A stretch of 60,728 nucleotides of DNA, the filler included. It is 7 parts of 7 records of this genome, joined end to end, with 100 filler letters (N's around TTAATTAATTAA, not from the genome) between each part and the next. Parts side by side here need not be neighbours in the genome. Positions count along the whole stretch, not along the records: positions 17,448 to 27,573 come from SRR31147125_43033; positions 27,674 to 33,636 come from SRR31147125_43061; 5 more parts are not named here. One strand, written 5' to 3'. Position 1 is the first letter of the stretch, and every line of letters begins with the position of its first letter. This document shows, piece after piece, positions 20,600 through 32,376 of the stretch. Under the pieces are notes generated by a model. That model was not told the origin of the DNA. It was given only the letters and a program-made list of their open reading frames with translations, and did not search any database. The position numbers were made by a program, and so were the translations under genes.

Positions 20600-22210
20600 A
20601 TGGCGAATACGACAAAAAACATGAACAAGTACTGGCGTGTTGGCGAGCCGATGGTCTGGTTATCGGGCGCGGCCCTGTCGATCACCCTGCTCACGGCGAT
20701 CGTTCTTCTGGTCGTGATCATGGTCAACGGCCTGGGTGTTTTCTGGCCCGCTGAGATTCAGCGTCTCGAACTGAGCGACGGTAGCCGTGTGATCGGCAAG
20801 ATGATGAAAAAAGAGTCGACAGCTGACGAAAGCGGCTTCAGGCGTCAGTACAAGATCGCCAACCGAGACCTGTATGGTCTTGATTTCCGCTGGATCGATG
20901 AGGACAAGATCGTATCGGAGACGGTGCCGAAAGATGTTCTGGTCCTGGAGCGGATCGAACATGGTGACTTCTACGGCGAGCTGAAAAGTCTAAACATTGA
21001 TGGTCAGTACAGGGCCGCTACGGTTGCTGAACTGGATGCCGCCTTGGCCGTAATCGGGAAAGACCTCAAAGGACTTAAAGAGCTAGAAAACAAGCTCAAT
21101 GACGCCAGTTACCGAATGGAGCAGCTCCGCCTGAAAGAGCTGAAATACGACTACAAGCAGCTCAGACAGGATGACGCAAAGCGGATTGCTCTGAACCTTG
21201 AAAAAGACGAGATCAACAGCGAGTTTGCCCGTCTGGTCGATGTGCAGACCAGTCAGAACACGCGGGTCCGACAGAACAAGGCCCTGTTTATTGATGCCAG
21301 TGGTAGCGAAAAAGAGATTGTGCTGGCCGACATCTTTCAGGTTTATGTGCCGAACAGCATGACAACCTTTGACAAGGTCATCTTTTACGCTAAAAAGCTG
21401 GGCGAGCTCTTTGTCGGTGAACCGCGCGAGTCGAACACGGAAGGGGGGTTGTTCCCGGCCATTTTCGGAACGGTCATGCTGATCTTTGTCATGAGTCTGT
21501 TCTCCTTCCCCCTCGGCGTGATTGCAGCAATCTATCTGCGTGAATATGCCAAGGAGGGACTGGTTGTCCGGATTGTCCGGATCGCAGTCAATAATCTGGC
21601 GGGGATCCCGTCCATCGTTTACGGGATTTTCGGCCTTGGATTTTTTGTCTACGGCATCGGGCATTCGATCGACAGTTTGTTTTTTCCAGAGCGGATGCCG
21701 ACACCGACGTTTGGAACGGGTGGCCTGCTCTGGGCGAGTTTGACCCTGGCCCTGTTGACGGTTCCGGTGGTTATTGTCTCGACGGAAGAGGCTCTTGGCG
21801 CCATTCCGCGTGAAATGCGGGAAGGATCCTACGCGCTTGGATCGACTAAATTTCAGACCCTGGTCAAGATTCTCCTGCCAATGGCCTCACCCGGAATCAT
21901 GACCGGTTTGATCCTGGCCATGGCACGTGCGGCTGGAGAGGTAGCCCCGTTAATGATCACCGGTGTTGTCAAGTTGGCCCCGGCTTTGCCGATCGATGGC
22001 AATTTCCCCTTCCTGCATCTTGATCGTAAGTTCATGCATCTCGGGTTTCATATTTACGACATCGGTTTCCAGTCGCCGAACGTCGAAGCGGCCAAACCGA
22101 TGGTGTTTGTCACCACCCTGTTGCTGGTGCTGATCGTCCTGATCATGAGCAGTGTCGCGATCCGCTTGCGTAACAAGATGAAGAAACGTTATACCTTCGG
22201 TACTTTCTAG
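20600..22210 (+). CDS. pstA: Phosphate ABC permease PstA, long form
   Basis: PRESNTEGGLFPAIFGT; NLAGIPSIVYG; ARAAGEVAPL. Confidence 0.92.
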   Translation: MANTTKNMNKYWRVGEPMVWLSGAALSITLLTAIVLLVVIMVNGLGVFWPAEIQRLELSDGSRVIGKMMKKESTADESGFRRQYKIANRDLYGLDFRWIDEDKIVSETVPKDVLVLERIEHGDFYGELKSLNIDGQYRAATVAELDAALAVIGKDLKGLKELENKLNDASYRMEQLRLKELKYDYKQLRQDDAKRIALNLEKDEINSEFARLVDVQTSQNTRVRQNKALFIDASGSEKEIVLADIFQVYVPNSMTTFDKVIFYAKKLGELFVGEPRESNTEGGLFPAIFGTVMLIFVMSLFSFPLGVIAAIYLREYAKEGLVVRIVRIAVNNLAGIPSIVYGIFGLGFFVYGIGHSIDSLFFPERMPTPTFGTGGLLWASLTLALLTVPVVIVSTEEALGAIPREMREGSYALGSTKFQTLVKILLPMASPGIMTGLILAMARAAGEVAPLMITGVVKLAPALPIDGNFPFLHLDRKFMHLGFHIYDIGFQSPNVEAAKPMVFVTTLLLVLIVLIMSSVAIRLRNKMKKRYTFGTF

Positions 22211-22223
22211 GAGATAAAGCAAG

Positions 22224-23000
22224 ATGACCGATATTAAAATTGACAATCCAATTGTTCAGGTCAGAGATCTGAAATTCTACTATCCAGGGGATGCCCGGGC
22301 ACTGCACGGCATCGATCTCGATTTTCCTGAAAAACAGGTGACGGCACTGATCGGTCCTTCCGGGTGCGGCAAGAGTACGCTGCTGCGCTGCTTTAACCGG
22401 ATGAATGACCTGATCGACGGTTGCCGTGTTGAAGGGGATATTACTCTCGATGGAGAGAACATCTATCACCGGGGTACCGATATCATCGAATTGCGGCGCA
22501 AGGTCGGAATGGTGTTTCAGAAATCGAACCCTTTCCCTAAATCGATTTATGAAAATGTTATTTACGGTTTGAGAATAGCCGGAGAAAGCGACAAGACTCT
22601 GCTTGATGAGCGGGTGGAATCCAGCCTGCGGGGAGCAGCGCTCTGGGACGAGGTCAAGGATCGCTTGAATGAAAGTGCTCTGGGTTTGTCTGGGGGACAG
22701 ATGCAACGCCTCTGTATTGCCCGGGCGATCGCGGTCAATCCACGGGTGATTCTGATGGATGAGCCCTGTAGTGCTCTGGATCCGAAATCGACTGCACGGG
22801 TTGAAGAGTTGATCGGTGAATTGCGGGAGAACTTTACCATTATTATCGTGACCCACAATATGCAGCAGGCCGCGCGGGTCTCTGATTACACCGCCTTCCT
22901 GTTTGAAGGAAATCTGATAGAATTTGGTGTGACGGATGAACTTTTCGTGAAGCCGCAGAATAAGCAGACAGAAGATTATATTACCGGACGTTTCGGTTAG
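22224..23000 (+). CDS. pstB: Phosphate ABC transporter ATPase
   Basis: [44 protein letters not shown]. Confidence 0.96.
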   Translation: MTDIKIDNPIVQVRDLKFYYPGDARALHGIDLDFPEKQVTALIGPSGCGKSTLLRCFNRMNDLIDGCRVEGDITLDGENIYHRGTDIIELRRKVGMVFQKSNPFPKSIYENVIYGLRIAGESDKTLLDERVESSLRGAALWDEVKDRLNESALGLSGGQMQRLCIARAIAVNPRVILMDEPCSALDPKSTARVEELIGELRENFTIIIVTHNMQQAARVSDYTAFLFEGNLIEFGVTDELFVKPQNKQTEDYITGRFG

Positions 23001-23016
23001 AGAAGGGAATAGAGAT

Positions 23017-23685
23017 ATGTTGATCATCAAAGAATTGGATAGCCTGAAGAAGAGCCTTCTCGAAGAAACGGCTCTGGTCGAAGACAGAGTTCAGAAAGCG
23101 ATTCAAAGCTTGTTGTCTCATGACGTGGAGCTGGCGGAGGAGGTCATCGCTGGAGACGCTGAAGTTGATAACATGGAAATCAGCATTGATGAGGAGTGCC
23201 TCAAACTTTTAGCTTTGCACCAGCCGGTGGCCAATGACTTGCGCTTTATCATCTCGGTCATGAAGATCAATAATGACCTGGAGCGGATTGCCGACCTGGC
23301 GGCGAACGCTGCTGCCCGGGCTAAAGATCTGAGCGGCTCAATCGTGATCGACTGCCCGTACGATGTGAAGAAAATGTCGAATCGCGTGGTTGAGATGTTG
23401 AAGAAAAGCCTGGATGCTCTGATAGAGCAGGATGCCGACCTGGCTCGAACTATTGTCGATATGGATGACGAAGTCGATGAGATGCACAAAGAGAATTTCA
23501 GCACCGTCAAGCAGGCCATTCGCACCAAGCCGGACCTGATGGATGGCTACATGCTTTACCTGTCCGTTTCCCGTTATCTGGAGCGGATCGCTGATCTGGC
23601 GACCAATATCGCTGAGGATGTTGTCTATCTGATCGATGGTGAGATTATCCGTCACGGTGGGATTCAGGAAGTGCCGGCGAATTAA
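23017..23685 (+). CDS. phoU: Phosphate signalling protein PhoU
   Basis: LALHQPVANDLR; DLERIADLA; YLERIADLATNIAEDV. Confidence 0.95.
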   Translation: MLIIKELDSLKKSLLEETALVEDRVQKAIQSLLSHDVELAEEVIAGDAEVDNMEISIDEECLKLLALHQPVANDLRFIISVMKINNDLERIADLAANAAARAKDLSGSIVIDCPYDVKKMSNRVVEMLKKSLDALIEQDADLARTIVDMDDEVDEMHKENFSTVKQAIRTKPDLMDGYMLYLSVSRYLERIADLATNIAEDVVYLIDGEIIRHGGIQEVPAN

Positions 23686-23736
23686 ACAAGACAGTTTAGA
23701 TGTTATCAGACCCCTGTGAGAGCACCGGGGGTTCTC

Positions 23737-23761
23737 AGCCACCCGCAAGGGTGGCTTTTTT
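23737..23761 (+). terminator. Rho-independent terminator of the pst-phoU operon
   Basis: AGCCACCC-gcaa-GGGTGGCT followed by a T run. Confidence 0.85.
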
Positions 23762-23869
23762 GTTGCCGAACTATTGAAATAATTACCAAAATTGGCTCAA
23801 TCCTAACATTCCCCTAATAATTAAAGATTATAAAAATATAATTGAGATATAACAACAAAGGGGTCTCTG

Positions 23870-26032
23870 ATGAAGATAGCGGTGCGTTTAGGTCTTGGGT
23901 TCGGGCTGATTATATTTTTAACGCTTGCGATGTATGGTGTTTTCTCCTGGGGCACTGAAGAAATACGAGGCGCGTTTGAAAGTTCGTCATCGGCAATGGA
24001 AAATGCAGCAACTGTTGAGAAAAAATCGCAGGAGATTCAGAAAAAAGCTGCTGCTCTCAGGCAATTGCTGCGAGATCTGCAAGTCTCTTTGGGCGAGATT
24101 CAAAAAGGAATGCTCAATAACGCGGAGCAAATAAATAGTCAATGGGAGACAGACAAAAGCCCTATTCAAACTTTTCTGGAGACCGAAGGGAACGGTATTC
24201 TCAGTGATCTGAAAGAGGGTTCGGCATGGAAAGAAAAGCTGATCAGTGAAGACGCGAAGGTCAAGGGGGCTTTGGAAAAGATTGCAGAGCTCTGGAAACC
24301 TCAGCATCAAGGCCTGGTTGAGGAGCTCAGTTCTTTGAAAAGGACAGAGCTTAACTGGACACTGAAGGTGGCCAATATGTTGTTTGTTCAGAGTTCATTG
24401 GGCGAGCTTCTTTATGAAGAGATTGAGGAGACCCCGATAGAAGAATTTAAGGCGGGTGAGCTTTATCAAAGGTACGCTCCGATTTATCCAGAGTTGAAGG
24501 CAGCCCTGGAAAACACGGCTGAGGCTAACGAAAAACTCTATAATGGCGTTGACGAACTCGATAACTTTGCCTTTGACGGCAAATGGGAAGAGGCGCGCCT
24601 CTATTACCGTGACGTGTTTCCGACCAATGTGAAATCAATCATGGTCGATCTGGACAATGTTATCAATATTGAAAATAAGATTGTGTATCAGCAGGGACAG
24701 GCGGCTCAAATTTTCGAAAATGAATTGAAACCCCATATAGCTGGGATCATCAAGGACATTGAAGAGATCGAAGGGAGATACAGAGCAGAACTGACCCAAG
24801 CGAATCAGGATGTCGCAGAGGCAACCAGCGCTGTTCTTTCAAGCAGCAAGGCTCTTGAGGCTCGGATCGTATCGATTGATCGGAGTGGTTTGATCATTGC
24901 TCTTATTGTGGTCGCTGTTGGCTTGACGAGTGCTTTTTTGACGACGCGATCTATTACCCGGCCCGTTAAACAGACCGTCAGTATGTTGGAGGGAATGCAA
25001 AAAGGGGAACTGGATACCCGGTTAAATTTTAAGCGTCAAGATGAGCTTGGAGTGATGGGAAAAGCGCTCGATTCTTTCGCCGATGATTTGAAAAATGAAA
25101 TCCTCTCCGCTTTTGAAAAGCTGGGACAAGGTGACTTTACGTTTGAGGCAAAGGGATTGATCAGAAAGCCTCTAGAAGGAGTCAATCGGTCCCTCGTCGA
25201 ATTTGTCGGGCGTATTCAGGAGTCCGGGACCGGCGTGCTTCACAGTGCGCAAAAAATCTCCCAAACCAGTGAAACGTTGGTCTCAGGGGCCGGATTACAA
25301 GAAGGAGCACTAAAAGATTTGTCGACAACAATGGGAACGATTGTCAAGCAGGCGAAAAAAAACAATCAGGGAGCCAGGCAGGCCTCTCAACTGTCGGAAG
25401 AGCTGAGGTCATCCGCTCAAACCAGTCGGGACGAAACAGAGGAAGTTGTCAAAGCGATGGCGTCGATTAACAGTGTCAGTCGCGATATTAATAAAATCAT
25501 GAAAGTGATCGACGAGATCGCCTTTCAGACAAATTTACTGGCCTTGAATGCGGCTGTTGAAGCTGCTCGGGCTGGGCAGCATGGCAAAGGGTTTGCCGTT
25601 GTGGCGGAAGAAGTCAGGGCTCTGGCTAATCGCAGCGGGCAGGCTGCCGGTGAAATAGCGGAGTTGATCAAGGGTTCACAGGATCGTATCGATTCGGGCG
25701 GTGATTTAGCGAACAAAACATCGGAGTCGATGCTGTTGATGACAGAAAAGGTGGAGCGTATTTCAGCTCTTGCAAACGAGATTACCAGTGGTTCGCAAAA
25801 CCAGGTCAACAGTATCGAACAGGTCAGCGGTGCGATTGAGCAAATCGACAAAGTGACACAAGATAATACCGTATCTGCTGAAGAGAGTGCCTGGGCTGCT
25901 GAAGATCTGGCAGGAAGAGCAGGTCAATTGCATGAAATGCTGGCCACATTCAAGGTTGACAGGAACGTGGATCTAGCTTTAGCAGATCCAAATTCTCGCC
26001 ATGAAGCCTCTACAGGGGAGCGTGCTGCATAA
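23870..26032 (+). CDS. Methyl-accepting chemotaxis protein (2 TM, HAMP)
   Basis: [42 protein letters not shown]. Confidence 0.95.
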   Translation: MKIAVRLGLGFGLIIFLTLAMYGVFSWGTEEIRGAFESSSSAMENAATVEKKSQEIQKKAAALRQLLRDLQVSLGEIQKGMLNNAEQINSQWETDKSPIQTFLETEGNGILSDLKEGSAWKEKLISEDAKVKGALEKIAELWKPQHQGLVEELSSLKRTELNWTLKVANMLFVQSSLGELLYEEIEETPIEEFKAGELYQRYAPIYPELKAALENTAEANEKLYNGVDELDNFAFDGKWEEARLYYRDVFPTNVKSIMVDLDNVINIENKIVYQQGQAAQIFENELKPHIAGIIKDIEEIEGRYRAELTQANQDVAEATSAVLSSSKALEARIVSIDRSGLIIALIVVAVGLTSAFLTTRSITRPVKQTVSMLEGMQKGELDTRLNFKRQDELGVMGKALDSFADDLKNEILSAFEKLGQGDFTFEAKGLIRKPLEGVNRSLVEFVGRIQESGTGVLHSAQKISQTSETLVSGAGLQEGALKDLSTTMGTIVKQAKKNNQGARQASQLSEELRSSAQTSRDETEEVVKAMASINSVSRDINKIMKVIDEIAFQTNLLALNAAVEAARAGQHGKGFAVVAEEVRALANRSGQAAGEIAELIKGSQDRIDSGGDLANKTSESMLLMTEKVERISALANEITSGSQNQVNSIEQVSGAIEQIDKVTQDNTVSAEESAWAAEDLAGRAGQLHEMLATFKVDRNVDLALADPNSRHEASTGERAA

Positions 26033-27056
26033 TCATAACTCGGTTGCGCCCCTTGCGCTTGGCTTCATATAAAGCTTTGTCGGCGAAATGAATCACCCTG
26101 TCGAGGGGAATTGTCTCCTCTGGAGTGATGGAGGATACTCCACAACTGATCGTCAGGTGTTGACTGACCTCCGAGCCGCTGTTGGGAATTTCAAGTTTAT
26201 GAACGTGTTGACACATTTTTTCAGCCAGGGAGTAGGCGCCCTGAACAGGCGTGTCGGGCAGGATAATTAAAAACTCTTCCCCTCCATAACGGGCAACCAT
26301 GTCTGCAGGCCTGTGAATTTTCTTCTTCAGGCATCTGGCAACCCGGGCCAAAGCATCGTCGCCCGATTGATGTCCGTAGGTGTCATTGAATGTTTTAAAG
26401 AAATCGATATCCAGCAGAACAACGGAGATTTCTGTTTGCTCGCGCAACGCTCTTTGCCACTCATTTGTCAGGTATTCATCCATGCACCGGCGATTGGGTA
26501 TGCCGGTCAGGCCATCAAGGCGGGCCATCTCTTCTGCTTCTTTGTTGGCTTGCTCTAATTTTTCTCGCAGCAGGTTGGAGTGCATGATCTCTGTATTGAG
26601 CTTTTTAACTGTTGCTGAAAAAATGTGCGCATGGGCGCGCAGCAATTCATAAAGATCAAGAATGAAATAGACATCATTGTTGATCACAACGAGGGGTTCT
26701 GTCACCAGGTGATCTGGTCGTTGCAAACTGTCTTCCACCGCTTTTCCGATGTAAGTTTCTGAGGAAAATGAGAGCGGTTCAGCATCGAACTGTTTGGCCA
26801 GTTTGCGGATCTTTTTACGACCGAACAGCTCTTTACTGTAGGGTTGATGCATGATCTCAAGAAAGTGCTGGCGCGATACCATCGAGTGAAAAGAGTTTCC
26901 ATCAAAGATCAGAATACCCGGAAGTGCTGGGTTTGATTTGAACATTTCATTGAGCTGATAACAGGACTCTGTTAACTGCAATGACGACCCATGCAGATTG
27001 AGGACAGCGAGAGTACTGTTGTACTGAAGGTGCTGGAGGTTGTCTTGATCGTCCAT
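26010..27056 (-). CDS. Diguanylate cyclase with CBS-like N-terminal region
   Basis: [20 protein letters not shown] (RxxD I-site) and RYGGEEF; ATG 27056 with AAGGA upstream. Confidence 0.9.
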   Translation of the reverse strand: MDDQDNLQHLQYNSTLAVLNLHGSSLQLTESCYQLNEMFKSNPALPGILIFDGNSFHSMVSRQHFLEIMHQPYSKELFGRKKIRKLAKQFDAEPLSFSSETYIGKAVEDSLQRPDHLVTEPLVVINNDVYFILDLYELLRAHAHIFSATVKKLNTEIMHSNLLREKLEQANKEAEEMARLDGLTGIPNRRCMDEYLTNEWQRALREQTEISVVLLDIDFFKTFNDTYGHQSGDDALARVARCLKKKIHRPADMVARYGGEEFLIILPDTPVQGAYSLAEKMCQHVHKLEIPNSGSEVSQHLTISCGVSSITPEETIPLDRVIHFADKALYEAKRKGRNRVMIMQHAPL

Positions 27057-27072
27057 AGCCTGTTCCTTGGTG

Positions 27073-27573
27073 TTAGTGGAACCGTTGTCTAATGTCAGCA
27101 AAGGTCTCGTTGATATCGAGAAAGGCCTGAACAATAATCGGATCGAAGTGTGATCCAGAATCTTTTTCGATCATGGAAGTCGTTTGTCTATGACTGTAGG
27201 CTTCTTTGTAGGTCCTTTTACTGGTCAATGCATCATAGACATCCGCGAGAGCGACAATTCGTGCGGACAGAGGAATCTGATCGTGCCGAAAGCCCTCTGG
27301 ATAGCCAGACCCATCATATTTTTCGTGATGATAGAGAGCGATCTCTGATCCCATCTGCAGATAATCGGTGTGTGGGTATTTTTCCAGCGCTTCATGGAGG
27401 GTGTTGTAGCCGATGCGACAATGCTCCTGCATGGCGGTTCGTTCTTCTTCGGTCAGTCGACCGGGCTTTAACAGAATGGAATCGGGAATCCCGACCTTGC
27501 CAATATCGTGAAGTGGGCTGGTCAGAAAAATATTTTCGATGAACAACTTATTAATTTTAAGTGGATTGCCGGG
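27073..27573 (-). CDS. HD-GYP phosphodiesterase domain protein, 5'-truncated
   Basis: LHDIGK; HHEKYDGSGYP; ADVYDALTS; HFDP. Confidence 0.92.
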   Translation of the reverse strand, partial: PGNPLKINKLFIENIFLTSPLHDIGKVGIPDSILLKPGRLTEEERTAMQEHCRIGYNTLHEALEKYPHTDYLQMGSEIALYHHEKYDGSGYPEGFRHDQIPLSARIVALADVYDALTSKRTYKEAYSHRQTTSMIEKDSGSHFDPIIVQAFLDINETFADIRQRFH

Positions 27574-27673
27574 NNNNNNNNNNNNNNNNNNNNNNNNNNN
27601 NNNNNNNNNNNNNNNNNTTAATTAATTAANNNNNNNNNNNNNNNNNNNNNNNNNNNNNNNNNNNNNNNNNNNN
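27574..27673. other. Artificial contig linker
   Basis: N44-TTAATTAATTAA-N44. Confidence 0.98.
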
Positions 27674-27674
27674 A

Positions 27675-28328
27675 AAAAAACAAACTGAACTTTTTTTAAA
27701 GGAGCATTACAAGCATTTTGCTGAAATACCATTAGTCGAGAGAATGAAAAGCCGAAGTCCTTTTGTAAACCAGTGGAAAAAGAAATGCAAAGAGGTTACT
27801 GGCGACTTCATGAGTCTGGACTGTTATCCACATATCCCTGGGCTGACCATCTATCAAAAGAGCTACGAAAAATTTTTAAAAGATCGAGAGAGTAGAGAAA
27901 AACAGCATCAAAAATGCATTGCCTATAAAAAAGAATTTAAGGCTGACTATAATTTTAATAGTCGAAGAAACATTCTTCGCATGCTCGAAGGAAATGACGA
28001 TAAAGGAACAAATGAATGCCATGCGGCCTATGACGCCATTATCAATTCGCTTGCAAAAGAATACGTAGCATTACCTTTGGAGCAACGTGCTGATGAAATG
28101 GTAAAATGCATGAAATTGGAAGATGATGATATCTGCAAAGATAGTTTAGACAAAGCAAATGAGCAAATTGCCCACAACTTAGAAGACAAATTCAATTCAG
28201 ATGAAAGGGCAAAAAAAGAACAAGTTAAAATTTGTAAAACTCTTTTCCGTAAATGGTATGATATCAAAACCAGTTACGGCTTTGCAATGCGTAAAATGGG
28301 AGAATGCAAGGCAGCTAATTTTCATTAA
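27675..28328 (+). CDS. Hypothetical Cys/Lys-rich helical protein, probably 5'-truncated
   Basis: Frame open from the contig edge through ATG 27744; regularly spaced Cys; no family recognised. Confidence 0.55.
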   Translation, partial: KKQTELFLKEHYKHFAEIPLVERMKSRSPFVNQWKKKCKEVTGDFMSLDCYPHIPGLTIYQKSYEKFLKDRESREKQHQKCIAYKKEFKADYNFNSRRNILRMLEGNDDKGTNECHAAYDAIINSLAKEYVALPLEQRADEMVKCMKLEDDDICKDSLDKANEQIAHNLEDKFNSDERAKKEQVKICKTLFRKWYDIKTSYGFAMRKMGECKAANFH

Positions 28329-28418
28329 CAAACCGTTGCACTCAGACAAACTTGTGAACTATATATTCGCCAAAAAAAATGGTATTGAAAAGTTATAAGC
28401 TAATGATTAGGAACCGCA

Positions 28419-31128
28419 ATGGATATTGAACAGTATCTTATTCTTGTAAAAAATATGGATAAAACCGCAGAGATAGAATCTTGTTCATTTGAAAATGATA
28501 AGTGGCGGATTAAATTCAAAAATAATAAAACCTACTCTTACAACAAGCAAAATATCAAATACGGGTCTGATCCAGTTGTATTAGATGTTGAGACCTCTAT
28601 TCTCTATCATGATAATGAACCAATAAATAGGGTTAATAAGGTCTTTGAATTTGGTGATCACGTTCGTATTTGCTTTGGGAAAAATTATAATAGAGTTTAT
28701 AAAAAAAATGAAGTAACCATCCAGAAAAGCTGCCTTGACAACCAGAAGTCAAAAAATATATTTGGATATTTAAAGCAACTCGCAGAGAAGCTTAATGTTG
28801 GGAAAAAGGATGAAATTAGCTATTTAAGCAAACAATTCAATAGAATGCGTTTCATCAGCCCCAAAAGCTGTTTGTCAAAATATTTAAATCCAACACAACT
28901 TCCAGTTTCTTCAAATGCACAAATGCCGATATTTCCTTTTGGGTTCAACTTGAGCCAAAAATCCGGGACTCAAAAAGCTTTGACACAAATGATTAGTGTT
29001 ATTGAAGGTCCGCCGGGAACAGGTAAAACTCAAACCATTCTTAATATTATTGCCAACGCAGTAATGTATAATAAAACTATTGCGGTTGTTTCCAATAATA
29101 ATTCTGCCACGAAAAATGTTGCAGAAAAACTTGAAAAATATGGAGTAGGCTTCATCGCAGCATACTTAGGGAATAAAGGCAATAAAGATGAATTCTTTAG
29201 CAATCAAGACCCTACTTACCCTGAATTTAATGAATGGGAATTAGATGCTGAAGATTTTGAGACCATGGGAAAAGAAATAGAGGCAAATGGTATCAAATTA
29301 GAAAAAATGCTGGAAGCTAAGAATGAGCTTGCGCTTTTAAATCAGGAATTAGAAGTCCTGCTGGTGGAAAAAAATATTTTATTGGTTTTTATGATGAAAA
29401 AAATGAAGAAATCAAACCATACCGATCTTTTTATAAACAGACTTCAGATACCAGCATTTCATTATGGATTGATTATTTGCATATGGTTCAAAAAAACAAT
29501 GAAATAAAAGCAATAGATAAAATTAAATACCTTTTACGATATGGTATATTTAATTTTTCCTTTTACAAAAATTCAAATGAATCAATTATAAGCTTGTTAC
29601 AATTATTGTATTATCAGAACAAGGAACGTGAATTAAAAGATCGAATTCAAGAATTAAAAAGTCAGCTTGAAAGCTTTCAGTTTGATGATGCCATAAACGA
29701 ATATAGTAAAAATTCTATGGAGCTTTTAAAGCAACGCTTGCCAGAAGATATGCCGAAAGGGAAAAACGGCCTTCCTTTACTGATAAAGTCTTTTGGAAAG
29801 ATTTTGGTCCTTTTATATCGGAATATCCGGTGATACTGAGTACTACCCATTCTTTAAAAAGCTGTGCCAGTGAAAACTTCTTATTCGACTATGTGATTAT
29901 GGATGAAGCCTCTCAGGTTGATATTGTTACTGGTGCATTGGCACTATCGTGTGCAAAAAATGCTGTTATTATAGGGGATTTAAAACAATTACCCAATGTT
30001 GTCCCAAGAAAAACCGCAGAAGATACCAATCAAATTTTTGAAGAATTTTCATTGAATCAAGCCTATCATTACGCAGAGAACAGTATTCTATCCTCAATAT
30101 GTAAATTATATAAGGATATACCTAAAACTCTATTAAAAGAACATTATCGTTGTCACCCAAAAATTATTGGGTTTTGTAATCAAAAATTCTATGACAATCA
30201 ACTGGTTATTATGACTGAAGGGGATGCAAATAATAAACCCTTAGTCGTGTATAAAACTGCCAAGGGTAATCATGCCAGAGGGAATTATAACCAGAGGCAA
30301 ATTGATGTAATCAGTCATGAAGTTATTCCTAAAGAAATTGATAAAGCTTCTAATCAGTCTGTTGGTATTATATCTCCTTATCGTATGCAAGCGAATAAAC
30401 TCAAAGAGGAAATTGAAAACAACATTCAAGTTGACACTGTTCATAAATACCAGGGTCGTGAAAGGGATGTGATAATTCTCACAACGGTTGTCAATGAAAT
30501 TAATGACTTTGTTGATGACCCCAATTTAATTAATGTTGCTGTATCAAGGGCTGTCGATAAGTTGATTGTAGTTATTTCGGATAATGAGAAAAACTCAAAC
30601 TCAAATATTGGGGATTTGGTAAAGTATATAGAATATAACAATTTTGAGGTAATTCAGAGTGAATTATACTCAGTGTTTGATTTATTATATAGCAGTTATT
30701 CCGAACGATTATTTGCATTCATGAAAAATAAAACAAAAGTGTCAGAGTACGATTCGGAAAATTTGATGAATGCTGTTATCGAAAAGGTTTTAAAAACATC
30801 TGGATTCAATAATCTTGATTGGATAATACATCAGCCTCTTAAAATGATTATTCGTAATGCTGAAAAATTGGATGCAGATGAATATCGTTTTGCTATGAAT
30901 GTTTTAACCCATGTAGATTTCACCATTTTTAACAAGTTGGATAAAAAAATTGTACTTGCAGTCGAGGTCGATGGTTATGAATTTCATGCAAACAACCCTA
31001 AACAACAAGAGCGGGATAAAATGAAAGATAGGATTTTAGAGAAATATAACATTCCGATTTTGAGAATAAATACGAATGAAAGCAATGAGACAACAAAGCT
31101 TCGTGAGAAACTTGTTGAGGTTTCTTAA
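28419..31128 (+). CDS. SF1 (DNA2/NAM7/Upf1-like, AAA_11/AAA_12) helicase with C-terminal DUF2726 nuclease-like domain; frameshifts at A7 29368-29374 and T4 29724-29727
   Basis: GPPGTGKT, DEASQ, GDLKQL, HYRCHP, ISPYRMQ, TVHKYQGRE, NVAVSRA; C-terminal HVDF..AVEVDG..H..RD..KD..IPILRI; one base added at each run joins three ORFs into about 900 aa. Confidence 0.85.
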
Positions 31129-31252
31129 CTTGGTCCTACCCCAATATTGTATGCACTAAGTTAAGTCCCTATAATGTAAACTATGAAAGATTAAACATAC
31201 ATTCTGGAGGCCAGAGAATTTATCCAAGACTCCAAAGAGAATGCCGTGTGAA

Positions 31253-32309
31253 ATGAAAATATTATACACAACAGATCTTCATGGCAGCGACACATATTAT
31301 ACCGCCATTAATAAAAAGGCCTCCAAATATAAAGTTGATGTTGTGATTAATGGCTCGGATATGCTGCCATTTAAAGAACCTGTTCCAGAAGGACAGAAAG
31401 ATTATATTCGCCATCTTGAAAAACGCTATTTCCCCTTTTATGAAAAAAAAGAGAATACATTATCTTTGCTGTTTGGGTAATGATGATGCAAAAAGTCATG
31501 ACCAGATGTTTGATGAAGTTTGCAGTAAATTTCAATATGTTCACAATATTGCCCAGAAAAAGATTAAGATAGACGATTTTGAATTTATTGGATTCAACCT
31601 TGTCGCTGATTATCCTTTTGGGATTAAAGACCGGTGCCGGATGGACTCAAAAGATTTCATTTTTCCTGACCAATTAGGTTCAGGCTTTCTATCTACTGCT
31701 GATGGCTGGAAAGAACTGGATGACTGGTTTTCAATGGCCAAAAGTCTACCAACCATCGAAGATGAACTTGAAAAACTCCCAATACCTTCGGATATGAGCA
31801 AAACCATATATTCGATTCACATGCCGCCCACAGGACTTGGGCTTGATATCCTACTTAATGAACGCCCGGTGGGATCTAAAGCTATTTATAATTTTTTAGA
31901 GGAAAAACAACCCTTAATGTCCCTCCATGGACATATTCATGAATCATTCCGGATGTCTGGTATCTGGAAAGCACAACTGGGAAATACAATTTGCATCCAA
32001 CCCGGACAAGATGAATTTGAGCCTTCATATGTCATCATAGATACTGAAACCATGGAAATGAAAAGATATGGGCATGACTCCGAGTTGATGATGATAAATG
32101 GATATGTAAAAAATGATGAGATAAAATTTATCAGGATCTCTGAATTACCAGATTATTTAATCAAACTGTTTCAAGAATGGATGAAAAATAAGTCAACTGA
32201 GAGTAGTTCTGAAAAAGAAAATGGACTTTTTTTTGATGCCAGCGATTTTCAAAATTTTTGTTCTTCTCAGAATATTAAAATAAAATTGATCAGAACCCCT
32301 CTACAATAA
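31253..32309 (+). CDS. Metallophosphoesterase (calcineurin-like, Icc-related) with extra ~70-aa C-terminal domain; frameshift at A8 31443-31450
   Basis: TDLHG, GSD, GNDD, HMPP and GHIHE metal motifs are split across two ORFs that join at the A run. Confidence 0.85.
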
Positions 32310-32376
32310 CGGGGATAGAAAATTTACTCTCAAACCAAATGAATCGGATAAAAATTTTTATTTAGGAATAATACAT

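Noticed and set aside
18365..22210. Unusually long PstC and PstA as a novelty
   Set aside because: Long forms with large periplasmic domains are an established variant, for example in Pseudomonas-type pst operons.
31124..31167. CTTAACTTGG...CTAAGTTAAGT inverted repeat as an attC site
   Set aside because: It ends in GTTRRRY but spans only about 44 nt, shorter than known attC sites, and lacks clear L boxes.
29368..31450. Programmed ribosomal frameshifting in the helicase and phosphoesterase at A-rich slippery runs
   Set aside because: The same indel pattern affects housekeeping genes on other contigs and I saw no stimulatory structure; sequencing error is simpler.
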